DNA from: a virus
Taxonomy: Duplodnaviria > Heunggongvirae > Uroviricota > Caudoviricetes
Direction: 5' to 3' (one strand)
DNA: 64,000 nucleotides
IMG/VR virus record: IMGVR_UViG_3300029590_000324
The notes below the pieces were generated by a model. That model saw nothing but the letters and a program-made list of their open reading frames with translations. It was not told the origin of the DNA and searched no databases. Below are positions 9,307-20,875 of this stretch, piece after piece (within the stretch, counting starts at the first letter, position 1; every line of letters begins with the position of its first letter). A program made the position numbers and the translations under genes.

Positions 9307-12300
9307 ACCTAAAATGCCATCAGCCTTTTGGCCCTTATTCTTTATTGAAAGTCCGGCACTGATAGCTGTAATTATAGTGGGAAGAGCTTTGATCTCATCG
9401 AAATATTCCGCCCAGCTGCTATCTGGAGCAATTTTTTCGAATATCTGACTAAATGACAGAAGTGAATCGGTAGCTCTTACGATTGCGTCTCCCGTGGAGA
9501 CAAAGAATTTTATAAGACCAGAATCAATGACATCGTTGCTTAATTTCTGGTATGATGCTTTGAGTTGTGCTATGCGACCCTCAATAGAATCTACATATGT
9601 TGCGTTTTCATCTAATGCGGATCCTGCTGAATTTAAAGAATCTACCAGAGCTGAAGACGCAGTAGTCCAGTTATTCAGCAAAGCTGAAACCTGATTTGCT
9701 CTTGTCTTGCCTGCGATAGTTTCAAGTAAACTTGCACGGTTAATATCACTCATATCAGCCCACTTATCGGCTATTTCACCCATAATTTGATATGTTGATT
9801 TAAACGTGTCTTCATCAAGCATGATATCTACACCAGCAAGTCCTTTGATTTTTTCTCGCAATTTAGAAACAGAATTACACATTCCGTCAGTATCTTCGCC
9901 TGCTGCCTCAAGAGATGAAGATGCTCCACGAAGCCTCATTGACAAAGTTTTCAAGGCATTGCCCGCACTTGCACTGTCCTGTGTAATTTCTGTTATGGCT
10001 GTAATCATCGCTGCTGATTCTTCCATTGTATTGTTTGCCGTTGCTAATGCCGATGCTGATTCTCTTAAGCCCTGTCCTACATCCGCAGAAGCAAGAGCAT
10101 ATTTGTTACCTAAAGTATTAAATGTATCAACGATCTTAATACTATCCTCAGCGGTAATATTGAATGCTTTCATTGATGATACTATGTCATCTGTTGCGGT
10201 ATTGATATCCAAATCTCCTACATTTGAATACATTAAAGCATTGTTAGCCAACTCAGAAGCTTCTTTGAGGTTGTAGCCCAAACGGCTAAAATCAGTAGTT
10301 GCATCAATTACCTGCTGCATAGTTGATCCAAGATCACGAGCTTGATTAGCCGCAGAAGTCATAAATTTTTGATATGTAGATTCAGTCTCTTCACTTACAC
10401 GTTTAAGATTCGTCATCCCGGTATCGAGTTCTTTGACCACAGAAACCATCTGTTTAAGATAATTTAATGCTTGATACGTAGCTCCACCGATCATTGCTTT
10501 AAGCCCAATCTTTGAAGCGATAAAGCTAAGTTCGTCGCCTAAAGATCTTCCAGTCAAGCCCTTGCTCATAACAACAGATTTCAGAGAATTAAATCTCGCA
10601 GTAAGTTCATTCAATGATTTTGCTGATCTATCAGCATTTTGAACCGATATCATTAATTTATTAAACTCGGCAGAAAGACCACCGTCTTGATTGATCCTAC
10701 TGTTTTTGTCTATAAAATCCTGAATTTTAAAGATTAAATCATCAAATTTAGAGCTGAGTTTCTCTGCGGAACCAGCGATATTATCCATACCTTTGAAATC
10801 AGAAGCTTTTTTCTTGAGATTATCTACTTCTTCAGAAATTAATGTTACCTTACCAAGAAATTCGTTGATTTCCTTATTAGAGCCGGTTGTCAGATCCTTT
10901 TGTTCATTTTTTAATTTCTCAATTTGGGCAATTAAATCTGTTATCTTATTATAATATTCATCACCTTGACCGCCACGATTAACTGTGTTTTTCTTGGCGG
11001 CTTCAAGTGTATTTAAAAGCTTATCCAGATTATTGACAGATTTATTGATATTGGTAAACCTATCGGTAGTTTCATTCAAAGCCTTCATTGCATTGATGAT
11101 TTCTTGAATATTTTCGATATTATAATTCGATGAACCACTGTTAATATTCTGAATTTTCTTATCAAGTGCTTCTTTCAGACTGTTATAAGCTACGAGCTGG
11201 TCTCCACTAAAGGTGTCATTAAACTTATTCTTTATTTTGTCTAAGTCCTTGCTCATCTTAGAGGCAAAGTCTGTGTTTGACATTGTAGCCGAATAAGTTT
11301 CTGCTGTGTTATTGCTTAACTTGAGAACGTCCTGTATTTTTTTCTCAAGAGTATTCCAACTATCAATAATAGCTTTATTTTGATTTAACCATTCTCCCAA
11401 AACATTTGCATCATCAAAATTTTCTAATGGATTTATTTCGCCCAATGTGTTAACTGTATTTTGAAGTTCTGATGAGAGATCTCTGGAAATATTGGAAAGT
11501 GCCCCGGAAACATTCTCTTTCATCTTAGATGCAGCATTATAAGCGTCCTCAATGCTCTTTTGAACCTTGTCATATTCATTTAGCTGAGATTTAGACGGCT
11601 TAGGAACTTGCGGTTCTTCTTGTCTTTGAGCTTCTCTTACTGCTCTTTGAGCAGCCTTTTCACGAGCATTGGTGATGGCGGCCTCAACATCAGCCTGAAG
11701 TTGTTTTGTATCTAAGCTTAATCCAACGTTTTTCATTGCTTCGCCAAGATCAGTTTTCAATCCATTCTTGGCTTCTTTAGTTAGTTTAAATGATTGGATT
11801 TTAACATTTTTAATGCCCTGACCAAATGCTTTTGGATCGACTTTTAAATGCTGTATGTTCAGAGTTTCCTTAATATTGTTATTGGTTATTTCAATAGGAA
11901 CCTTTTTCAACTCGTCGGCGATTTGTTTTTTTAGTCCTTCAACATTAGGCGTGAAAGAAATTGGAATAGGATTATTTTCTCCGAGTGCAGCAACAATTTG
12001 CTCACGAATAGAGGCAACCTGATTTTCATTCAGAACATTATAACTTTCTGTCAAGGTGCCGTTAGTTGTGTCTTCAGAAGGTTTATTTTCAACGGGAGTA
12101 TTGCCAATACTGATTTTAAATGGCTTTTCAACTTTTGCCTTTAGATCATCAACAGCATTACTGATTGAAGTTACAGATTCAACCTCAGACGCCGACGCCA
12201 CAGTCATCTCTTCAGCTTCGGCTTTGATTGATTCGGTCTTTTCATTGATGTGTTGAGTTAAATTTGTTACAGCCTTATCAATTTCATCAAAGTTTTGAGC

Positions 12301-15300
12301 CTCTGAAGCTAAGATATTAGATGACGGAGATCCAACTTCTGATTGATTGTTATTGGCCGCTTGCCTCTCTAAAGCTTTACGTTTCTGCTCTTCTCTGGAT
12401 TTTTCAGCAACTGATATATTTTCAGGGACAGGTGCCTCTTTTGGCTCAACTGCATTGGATGCCTCTTTTTCAGCTTCGGCTCTTTTACGAGCTGCTTCAG
12501 CTATAGCATCCTGCTCTTGCTTCTGCTTCTTCAAAGATTCTGAGTATTTTGCTTGGATATTAAATATATCTTCTTCATAATTTTTATATTTAGAAATCTC
12601 ATTCAAATCTAAAGAAGCATCCTTTATCTTCCCACGAACAGCTTCTCCACGGTTTGCAAAATCAGATGAATAAAAGTCTTGACCTTTAAATGTATCATAC
12701 TTTTCCATAATAGCATCAACACTATTAGACATCGACTTTAAGTTTTGCTTTAAAACATTGAATTGCTTTCCAGACGTTACTTTCTGCGAAATCATTCTCT
12801 GGAATTTCTGATTATATTCATCAATTACAGCCTCATATTTCTTTGCATCTTCCTTGGCCTGCGCCATTTGATTTTTCTTTTCAGTATTCGTGCCGATTCC
12901 AGACTGCAATTTATTCATCAATGCGTCAAGTTTTGTGCTATCCTGAATTGATATGTCTCCATTTTTACTCTTTAAAACAAGAGCAGAAAGTTCGTTAGCT
13001 TTACCCTCGTAGTTTTCTACAGTAGCAATAATATCCTTGACACAAGACTGCATATCTTGCAGCCTTTTTATTCTTGCATCGAAATCGGTTTTATCTATTT
13101 TTTGAGATGTAAGCTCATTAAAAGCTTGTACTGCTTCAGATAATTTTTTATATGCTTCAGTTTCCTTATAGAGTTCTTGAGTGTTGGCAGTTGATTTCTG
13201 TGGATCATCATCAGCAATATCGTTTTGAGGCTTGTTGTTTCCGACCTTTAAGTCTTTAAGTGATCCTGCCAAATTAAACTTTTTATTTGACATCTTCCCT
13301 TTATATGAGTTCTTTTCAAATTCAGCAATTTTTTTATCTATCTTTGCATCAAATTGATTTTCAAGTTGCTTAAACTGTTCGGCCAATTCCTCTGCAGTGG
13401 TGCCAAGATTTTTCAGACTGCCATCTTCATTGAAGTTCCCTGACATTTTTTCAATTTGTCCGCTAAGTCTTTTTAACCCACTCATACCTTCGGGGATATC
13501 TTTCAAAATTTCCTCTGCCTTATTCATTCTTTCCTGAAGTGCTTTAACGGCTTCTCCAAGTTCCTTAATAGTTTCAGGGCTGCCAGCCTTAACAACTTGT
13601 TCTCCTTCGCCTACTTGTACAGAAGTAGCTTTAAGTTGTTCAAGCTCGTCTTTGGCACTCTGTGCCTCTGCTTTTACTTTTTCAAGAGCAGAGGTAAGAT
13701 TATCATAATCTTCTTGATTTATCACAAAACCATCAGAACCAACTATTGAATCAAACTCTAATTTATCATTTAAGTCACTTATTTTTTGATTGAGTTCATC
13801 AATCTTCTGCTTGGCAGATTCAAGAGCCTGTTCAGTAGTTAGAAGTTTATTTTTGATATCATCAGGCTGATCAGCAGTTGTGCGATACTCTTTTATTTTG
13901 GCGGTCAATTCCGTAATCTGCTGCTTATACTTTTCAACTTCGGCGGTAATATCGGCATAATTTTTCTTAAGTTTTTCAGCTTCTTCAGATGATAGCATTT
14001 CATCACTATTTGGAGTGTCACCGGCACCACTTGTCAAACTATCGTTGCCGCCAGTTAAAGCTCCTGAAATAGAACCAATACCTGATGTGTCAACCCCCAT
14101 CTTTTTCAACCCAGTAATAATAATTTCTCTTTGTTCATTCAGCTTATTGATATCTTTCGTATTAAATATTGCTTCAACGAATCCCGGAGCTAAAGAATTA
14201 TAGCTATTTATTTTTGCTATCAGCATATCGATGTCAGACAAGCGTTCCTTTAAAGTTGAAATTTTATTTTCAGCTTTAGCGCTACTATCAATAATTGCCT
14301 GCATATTTACTTCGTTTAACGTATCAATGTCATATGATAATGCTTGTGCATGCGCCGCATATTCTTCGCTATAATCATCAGTCTTACTCGGTTCGTTCAT
14401 ATCTCTTGAAAGAGATAGAGTATCTTTAACAGTTTTCAGATACTTTTTATACATCTCCATATCGTCAATTTTCCCGACCTTTGAAGATTCTTCACCCAAA
14501 CTTTTTAACGCTGTTCGGAGAGCTTCTATTTGCGCAACGGTATCATATATTTCGTTTTCATCTGTGTTATGATTAAAATTATTATAAAGGTCGATTAACT
14601 CTTTAAGTTCATCTTTTAACTTCTGCGTTTCATTTGTTATTTCAGAAATATTTGAACCACTGGTCATAGCCTTAATGTCAGAGTCGGTATAACTCTTACC
14701 AAAAGTGTTTGCATCAGTATTGTTGTTTAAGAAACTTATGAATTCTTTAGTTATTTGTTCTTTCATATCCTTAACATAAGCAACGTCCTTTGCTTTTTGC
14801 TGCAAAATCGCTTTAACATCAATATTGTTAGCATTAAGCTGCTCAGAGATCTTTTTATTATTCAGCAACTGTTCGATTTCTTTAGGGAAACGGCCATTAA
14901 GAGCGATTGTGTCGCTTCCATTTTTTGCCGCAGAAAATGCTTTCGTTTTAAAGTATTTGTTTATATATGCTTCAAGCTTATCTTGTGAAAAATTCTTAGC
15001 AAGCTGTTTCATGTCGTATTCCAGTTGATCCTGTAAATTCTTTTTCTGCTCCGCAAAGAATTTATCACCCAGCTGAGTTTTCAAAATTTTGCTCAAAGAA
15101 TCATTAGCAGACTTATCAATTTCCTTAGCGAATTTATCTATTGACTTGTCGATACCTTTTATATCAAATAATTCCTTACCATCGAATTTAATAGACTTTA
15201 GCTCGATTTGATCTATCTCTGCGCCGGTCTCTTTAATTTTTTGGTTTAGCGCAGTTATATCTTCAATAACATATTTTAAACCTGCCATAGCAAAAACCTG

Positions 15301-15510
15301 TTTGGTTTTGCTTTCTGCTTTTTCAACAAGTTGAATTAAATCATTATATCTTTGTTGAGCAAGTTTTGCATCATTAGCCAACTGCTCTCCTATTTTAAGA
15401 TTATCATTCTTTTGACTTATTTTCTCAAGAGTCCTTTCAAGAGATTCTAATCCATCTTCGGCACTCTTAGAATTTATGCCGACATCTAACATAAGCATAT
15501 TTCCTGCCAT
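9307..15510 (-). CDS. Tape measure protein, exon 1 (2068 codons)
   Basis: Long coiled-coil ORF. The TMP core is near its C-terminus (ELDTGMTNLKRVS...GNALKTLSMRLRG...IAGKTRANQVSALLNNW). The track ORF runs 30 codons into the intron. Confidence 0.92.
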
Positions 15511-15532
15511 GTATTATTACTCCTTTCAACAC

Positions 15533-15550
15533 AGGGCAGTCATCTGCCCT
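15533..15550. terminator. Intergenic hairpin between the HPr-like gene and TMP
   Basis: AGGGCAG-TCAT-CTGCCCT; weak U-tract, so it may be a processing or pause site. Confidence 0.35.
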
Positions 15551-15798
15551 TAATTATTAATTTCGTTACATACAATTGAAAGCTCATTCTCGTTGTCGCA
15601 ACTAATTTGTACTTCAACTTCATCTCCACTCTGTAAATTCAGCGAAAGTAATCCCAGAATGCTTTTGGCGTTTATCATTCTGTCGTTCTTATAAATCCAT
15701 ATATTGTAAGGTTTGCTTGTAACTCCATGAACAAAGTTAGCTGCTTTTCTTCCTGTTATGTCGTTATGTAAAGTCATTTTAGTTTTTATCATATTCAA
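15550..15798 (-). CDS. HPr/Crh-family phosphocarrier-like protein
   Basis: NAKSILGLLSL (Ser46 motif) and GDEVEV; the His15 region reads ITGRKAA instead of LHARPA. Confidence 0.8.
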   Translation of the reverse strand: MNMIKTKMTLHNDITGRKAANFVHGVTSKPYNIWIYKNDRMINAKSILGLLSLNLQSGDEVEVQISCDNENELSIVCNEINN

Positions 15799-15814
15799 AT
15801 CTGCTCACCGCCCT

Positions 15815-16651
15815 TCAATCAAAAAGATCTGCAAGCGCAGCGGTTTCACTACGTTCTGTTTTCTGCAGCTGAACATATCCAAAAAGTCTGTTGCCCTTTA
15901 AAACATCTATAGCCTTTGTAATTCCGTTATTGGTTTCAAAAATCTTCTTATCAACCTGCTTGATATCTCCATCAAAATAAAGCGTAGAACCTTCGCCGAC
16001 ACGTCCTATAATAAGCTGAACGTGCTGGGCCGTGAGGTTTTCGGCTTCCGATACAATAATAGCAGAGTTCTTGAAGTCCCTACCTCTTATAAAACCTAAA
16101 GGCACAATTTCAAGTTTCCCTTGCATCATAAGAATATTCAAACCATCTTTACCACCAAGTGCATCAGCAACAGGAAGAGCAAAATTACAAATTTTCTCCA
16201 ATTCTGTACCGGGGAGATATCCTATTTCAGGGACATCTTTGACCGAGACGTTATTCCTCAAGTAAATAATCTTGTCAAATTTATTTTGTTTTAATGCCTG
16301 CAGAGCATGACAAACAGTTAAGTATGTTTTACCGCTGCCCATCCTTCCAGTAACTAATTTAATTGTTGTATTTTTATCTTGAAGCATATCAAAGGCAAGT
16401 TCTTGTTCTATGTTGATCGGTTTAATTTTTGAAAACCAATCATTATTGATGGCTTTATATGTAACAGCAATATTCTTAATACCGTCCCATTTAATTTTGT
16501 CAACCAAAACTCCATCGTGAGAATACAATAAACAATATTCGTTAACCATTAAACCTAAAGAATTTTCTGCCATATTCTCGTAAAAATTTGCCATTTCGAC
16601 ATCGTTTGCAAAAGTATATTCTGTATAACCTTTGTAATCCATAAAACACAC
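15815..16651 (-). CDS. phoH: PhoH-like ATPase
   Basis: Walker A GRMGSGKT, IGYLPG, FIRGRDF, EAENLT, RVGEGS, GDIKQVD, RSETA. Confidence 0.9.
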   Translation of the reverse strand: MCFMDYKGYTEYTFANDVEMANFYENMAENSLGLMVNEYCLLYSHDGVLVDKIKWDGIKNIAVTYKAINNDWFSKIKPINIEQELAFDMLQDKNTTIKLVTGRMGSGKTYLTVCHALQALKQNKFDKIIYLRNNVSVKDVPEIGYLPGTELEKICNFALPVADALGGKDGLNILMMQGKLEIVPLGFIRGRDFKNSAIIVSEAENLTAQHVQLIIGRVGEGSTLYFDGDIKQVDKKIFETNNGITKAIDVLKGNRLFGYVQLQKTERSETAALADLFD

Positions 16652-16654
16652 ACC

Positions 16655-17242
16655 TTATTTATTTTTTTTATATTCTTCCAATAAGCGTTTAGCAATCATC
16701 TCTTGAAATTCATCTTTATAATTCTGTTTCAGATCGTGCATAGCCCGATTGATAAAAGCTTTTTTTTCAAAACGACTATTTTCACGATACGTTGCCCATT
16801 GCTTTTCATCCATTCTTTCTTTGTTTCTATGATCTGTAAGAGCAGGGTGGATAAGAATGTTACCATCAACTACTAATCTGGTAAAGGACAATTCATCGGT
16901 TTGTCCTGAATAAGGATCCTTCCAGCCCATCAAAGTTTCAAGCGGCTTATCGTTATAAACACTAAAGGCGCCAGTATCTTTGAATTCTGGCGCCAAGTAT
17001 TTATCACTACTTACAATGTATTTTTCATCAGACATTCTGCGAGCTATATGCTTTGCAGTCTTTTTCTGTGCTTTTTTAGCAGCAGCATTTGTAACTCCTT
17101 CGGCGTTTTTCCCCGGTTTTATATCTTTCAACGTTTCAGCATGTTTTTTATAAACTTCTTTTACAGCAGGTTCAATATCTTCTTTCAAAGCTTTTTTTAC
17201 TGCTGTTTTCATTATTTTTTGCAAATCAATTTGTTTGCTCAT
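16655..17242 (-). CDS. Hypothetical protein, possibly tail completion/neck
   Basis: Basic 195-aa ORF in the tail module; function inferred from position only. Confidence 0.6.
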   Translation of the reverse strand: MSKQIDLQKIMKTAVKKALKEDIEPAVKEVYKKHAETLKDIKPGKNAEGVTNAAAKKAQKKTAKHIARRMSDEKYIVSSDKYLAPEFKDTGAFSVYNDKPLETLMGWKDPYSGQTDELSFTRLVVDGNILIHPALTDHRNKERMDEKQWATYRENSRFEKKAFINRAMHDLKQNYKDEFQEMIAKRLLEEYKKNK

Positions 17243-17651
17243 TTTCTTTTACTCCTATTTCTTCGCCCCATTTTGAAAGTAATTCTACAGTTTCAGGATT
17301 ATCAAGCTTTTCAAAAATTTCTTCAATAAGCTTATTTAGCTTAGTGTTGTGCGCTTCGGCTTGTACTTCTTTTTGACGTTTTGTTTCGATAGTATTTTCC
17401 ATTGTTTCGTATATTGAAGTTACCTGAATATTCTGAAAGAGTTCTTCTCTTAAAGTAAAATCAAGGGTTTTAGAATACTTCTGATCAAGACTCATTTCGG
17501 GCTTTACCCAATTAGTAAAATGCTCCATCAGAACATACCAAATAGCAAAATCCTTCATATATGGCAAGTATTCTCCATTGGGAAAGCACAGATCTGTTAC
17601 TTCATCTATGCAAATTTTCATTTCTGCGAATGTTATTCTTTCTTTTATCAT
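17226..17651 (-). CDS. Hypothetical protein (possible tail chaperone)
   Basis: 141-aa ORF coupled to its neighbours in the tail module. Confidence 0.6.
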   Translation of the reverse strand: MIKERITFAEMKICIDEVTDLCFPNGEYLPYMKDFAIWYVLMEHFTNWVKPEMSLDQKYSKTLDFTLREELFQNIQVTSIYETMENTIETKRQKEVQAEAHNTKLNKLIEEIFEKLDNPETVELLSKWGEEIGVKENEQTN

Positions 17652-17653
17652 AA

Positions 17654-18220
17654 TTATTTTCCTTTCTTTCTATAGCATAAACACAATCCATCATGAATTT
17701 CATCTTGAGTTCTGCCTTCTTTTGCTTTCTGCAGCAGACTACAATTTCGTGTATATCTTACACACCCGACGCAACGGTTTTCAAAATTCTTTAACGCTGA
17801 GGCATTATCAAAAATACCTATATAGTCCACCGGATATATTTCAAGCTCAATTCTTGGGTTGATTTTATCATAATAAATTGCCTGTACTCGTTCACATACA
17901 ACGTTGTCATCAATCCAGACACAACCACTTTCAGTGATGGCATCAAGCATTACTTTCATGTAATTGTTGCTATCCCGATCTGTTCTGTCGAAATAAAACA
18001 CACAGTCCACATAATAATGTTGATATGGGTTTTCGGACATTTTATATCCTTGTTTCCGAGTTTGATCTTTTACATACAAAGTAAAATTCGTCTTGTATTT
18101 TTTAGCCTCCGCCGTAACATAGCTTGCAGCCATTGGTCTGCCGCTTTTCATAATTGCTCTATATCCGAGATAATGATTGACCGAAGGAGGTATCGGCGAA
18201 ATCAGTTTTAATTTTTTCAT
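17654..18220 (-). CDS. RusA-like Holliday junction resolvase
   Basis: PPSVNHY, DRDSNNYMKVMLDAI, WIDDN, NPRIELEI; C-terminal Cys cluster. Confidence 0.8.
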   Translation of the reverse strand: MKKLKLISPIPPSVNHYLGYRAIMKSGRPMAASYVTAEAKKYKTNFTLYVKDQTRKQGYKMSENPYQHYYVDCVFYFDRTDRDSNNYMKVMLDAITESGCVWIDDNVVCERVQAIYYDKINPRIELEIYPVDYIGIFDNASALKNFENRCVGCVRYTRNCSLLQKAKEGRTQDEIHDGLCLCYRKKGK

Positions 18221-18233
18221 TAGTTCACCTCTG

Positions 18234-18270
18234 AAAAAAATAGGAGATAAACTTTGACATTTACCTCCTA
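18234..18270 (-). terminator. Rho-independent terminator
   Basis: Minus strand TAGGAGGTAAA-loop-TTTATCTCCTA followed by T7. Confidence 0.7.
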
Positions 18271-18277
18271 ATTTATG

Positions 18278-18685
18278 TTAATGATTATATTTCTTATTTG
18301 ATTTATTGCGAGCGGAATCAATATCCTCATTAACTTTATCAATGATATCACCAAGAGGCATATCAGGATTTTCTTCAAAATAATCTTTCAGCTCAACTTC
18401 TTTGGTATAATTTTCAACCTCTTTTATTGGCTTATTCCAAACGGTTTCTATTTCAGGGATAGTCATATCTGTTCTTTCGGGGAACTTCTCTTCACGAGAC
18501 TTACTACGATTAAAAAGAACGAGCTGAACATACTCTTCATAACATTCTCTTGAACAACAGTACGCTCTCCAGCTTTCAGTTCGTAAACAAGCCAAACAAG
18601 CATAAAAATGCTTTCTGCCACCATCTTCTCCATGAGTACAGTTAGGATTGCGGCATATGGTATTAGGTTTTCTTATCTCACTCAT
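18278..18685 (-). CDS. Zn-finger hypothetical protein
   Basis: CRNPNC, CLAC and CCSREC motifs; lies downstream of the tail tube gene. Confidence 0.7.
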   Translation of the reverse strand: MSEIRKPNTICRNPNCTHGEDGGRKHFYACLACLRTESWRAYCCSRECYEEYVQLVLFNRSKSREEKFPERTDMTIPEIETVWNKPIKEVENYTKEVELKDYFEENPDMPLGDIIDKVNEDIDSARNKSNKKYNH

Positions 18686-18787
18686 ATAATCACCTCAATA
18701 ATTTCCTTGTACTCGGGCTCAGAGCCACTAAGCACAAGTACAAAGAAAGAGGGCTTAAAGCCCTCTCCTTTGATTATAGATTTAAAA

Positions 18788-19594
18788 TCAAACTGCGTCC
18801 TGATATACAATAAACTCAAAGAGCTCAGCTGCGGAAGTCTGACATGTATCAACAAGTGTGTTGATAGTAAACTCTTCAACAGTCTGATCTCCGCCCATAG
18901 AAATGGAGAATTCGCCGGAGAACTGACCTCTGGGAATTACGAACTGACACTTGTACTCATTATCGCAAACATCGGTACCAATGCAATCAACATAAACTTT
19001 AAGAGTCTTGCCGAAAATATCAGACTTATTTACAACCTTAGAGCCATCTGCAAGATAGTCGTAGAATGCTACGATCTTAAGGTCGCCAGACTTTGCAATA
19101 TCTGTAGGCAAAGTGATTACCTGAGTAGTAGGATCATATGTAAATTCGTCAGCAGAAACAGCCGCACCCTGTGTGAATTTCTTACCAAGAGCACCATTAG
19201 AAGTAAGAATACAGAGAGAAGAAATCTCTGCGCCAGTCTCGCCAACAGCCTTGAATGTAGTCTTTACGTTCTTAGCTCCCTTAGCTACATCAAGAATATC
19301 AGGCTTTCTTACCTTTACACCGCCCTCGGGAGTTTCAACCTCAGAGCCAGTCTGTGCAGCCATAAGATCGCCACAGATAAGTGCAGAAGTACCGGTTACA
19401 GTAGTTGCCTTATTCTTCTTGATCTGCTTAAGCAGTCTGTCACCCTTACCTGTAATATCCTTAGTATCCTCTGAGTTGTCAATAGTTGCTTCCTGAAGCT
19501 CATCAAGATAAAGCTCACAAACACCAGTAGTTCTGTTGTAAGCATGAATGGTTTCAAGGGAAGTAATAGTAAATCCATTGATTGTAACAGCCAT
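18788..19594 (-). CDS. Major tail (tube) protein
   Basis: Thr/Gly/Val-rich 268 aa (DITGKGDRLL...QFSGEFSISMGGD); strong GGAGG RBS; flanked by hairpins; position in the tail module. Confidence 0.75.
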   Translation of the reverse strand: MAVTINGFTITSLETIHAYNRTTGVCELYLDELQEATIDNSEDTKDITGKGDRLLKQIKKNKATTVTGTSALICGDLMAAQTGSEVETPEGGVKVRKPDILDVAKGAKNVKTTFKAVGETGAEISSLCILTSNGALGKKFTQGAAVSADEFTYDPTTQVITLPTDIAKSGDLKIVAFYDYLADGSKVVNKSDIFGKTLKVYVDCIGTDVCDNEYKCQFVIPRGQFSGEFSISMGGDQTVEEFTINTLVDTCQTSAAELFEFIVYQDAV

Positions 19595-19609
19595 GTTTTT
19601 TCCTCCTTA

Positions 19610-19641
19610 TAAAAAAAATAAGACGGTCGTTTGCCGTCTTT
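19610..19641 (-). terminator. Rho-independent terminator
   Basis: AAGACGG-loop-CCGTCTT, then a T-run on the minus strand. Confidence 0.6.
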
Positions 19642-20396
19642 TACTCATAATCAAGCCAATTAAGTTTATCTCCTAAGCCCTTAGCATTAACAGTTCCGGC
19701 ATATATTCCGGAGTTTAAATTATCGACTTGATATTTTTTAACGATTTGTTTTAAGCTACACATGAAGTTATATATCGTAAGATTCTCAACTGTATCAAAA
19801 TCGTATTTAAAGTTGGAATTGTTAACCAACGCAATTACCTGCTTGTCCAGTCGAGAATGATATTTTTGCTTCTTTCGTCTTTTAGCTTTTACCTTTTGAC
19901 GTTCTATGATATATTCTTTAGCAGTTGTGTCTCCAGGCTTGCGATGTCTCTTTTCAATCGAATACACGGTACAAAAGATCGTTGAAAGTTGCATATACAT
20001 CAACTCGTCAATCGTGATATCATGCTCCTCATCGTACAGTATAGGTAAATCATTTATTGTACTCAAACTAACTTTGAAATTAGCAAGATTTATATTTTCA
20101 AACATTAAAGAAGATTTTTCATCTAAAACCTTTTTAGGCATTCCGCCAAAAAGTATCAAAAAAGTTTGAAAATCAGTTATTTTTGTAAAATCCATTCCTG
20201 CCTCATCCAATTCAAGCATGATATCTGAAGAGGTCGAAGTAAATAAGCTAACTAAAGAATAAAAATTTGCTTCATCTTCATCTGTTCCGTAAAGCTTAGG
20301 TGAGTCACCTTTGATTTCCCCCAGCGTAGGAATATGTACTGTAATATTATCGTTAACTTTAAACTTAGTTTTGTTTAACAGACTTATATCACTCAT
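19641..20396 (-). CDS. Tail-module hypothetical protein
   Basis: 251-aa ORF (IPTLGEI...LTIYNF...GIYAGTV) between neck genes and the tail tube gene. Confidence 0.65.
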   Translation of the reverse strand: MSDISLLNKTKFKVNDNITVHIPTLGEIKGDSPKLYGTDEDEANFYSLVSLFTSTSSDIMLELDEAGMDFTKITDFQTFLILFGGMPKKVLDEKSSLMFENINLANFKVSLSTINDLPILYDEEHDITIDELMYMQLSTIFCTVYSIEKRHRKPGDTTAKEYIIERQKVKAKRRKKQKYHSRLDKQVIALVNNSNFKYDFDTVENLTIYNFMCSLKQIVKKYQVDNLNSGIYAGTVNAKGLGDKLNWLDYE

Positions 20397-20875
20397 ATTT
20401 TACACCTGCTGTTATTTAAGTCATCAGCAACAAATTTCATTATTCTGCAGCGATGTTTTACACTTATGGCTTGAGCAGTATTACTGATAAGTCTCAGTTC
20501 TTTTTTGCCTATACCTTCATATCCATTGAAAAGCTTATCTATGTAAGCGGCAATAAGATCGTTTCTTACGCCACCCGACACATCATCTGTCGGCATAAGC
20601 CTTTCATGTGATACTATATAAAATGTAATAATTAACTGTTTGAATAGATAGTTTCTGTCGCTATAAACTTCCGGAACATCGACTTCAAATGCAATAAATG
20701 TTATCTCTTCTTCCGGAGCGTTCGGATATCTGATAAAGTTGAAAATATTTTTTCCTATCAAGTCTTCAGGTTCTTCGATTTCATCATTATTGATAAGTTC
20801 AACAATCTCGGGACAGTTAATCAGCATTGAGCCTATTTGCTGTTTATATTTGATTATTTCAAATGAATTAGCCAT
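20393..20875 (-). CDS. Putative tail terminator/completion protein
   Basis: Size and position; VRNDLIAAYIDKLFNG motif. Confidence 0.55.
   Translation of the reverse strand: MANSFEIIKYKQQIGSMLINCPEIVELINNDEIEEPEDLIGKNIFNFIRYPNAPEEEITFIAFEVDVPEVYSDRNYLFKQLIITFYIVSHERLMPTDDVSGGVRNDLIAAYIDKLFNGYEGIGKKELRLISNTAQAISVKHRCRIMKFVADDLNNSRCKI

Noticed and set aside
16655..17651. Programmed frameshift in tail chaperone genes
   Set aside because: The two ORFs overlap, but the downstream one has its own RBS and start, and I saw no convincing slippery site.
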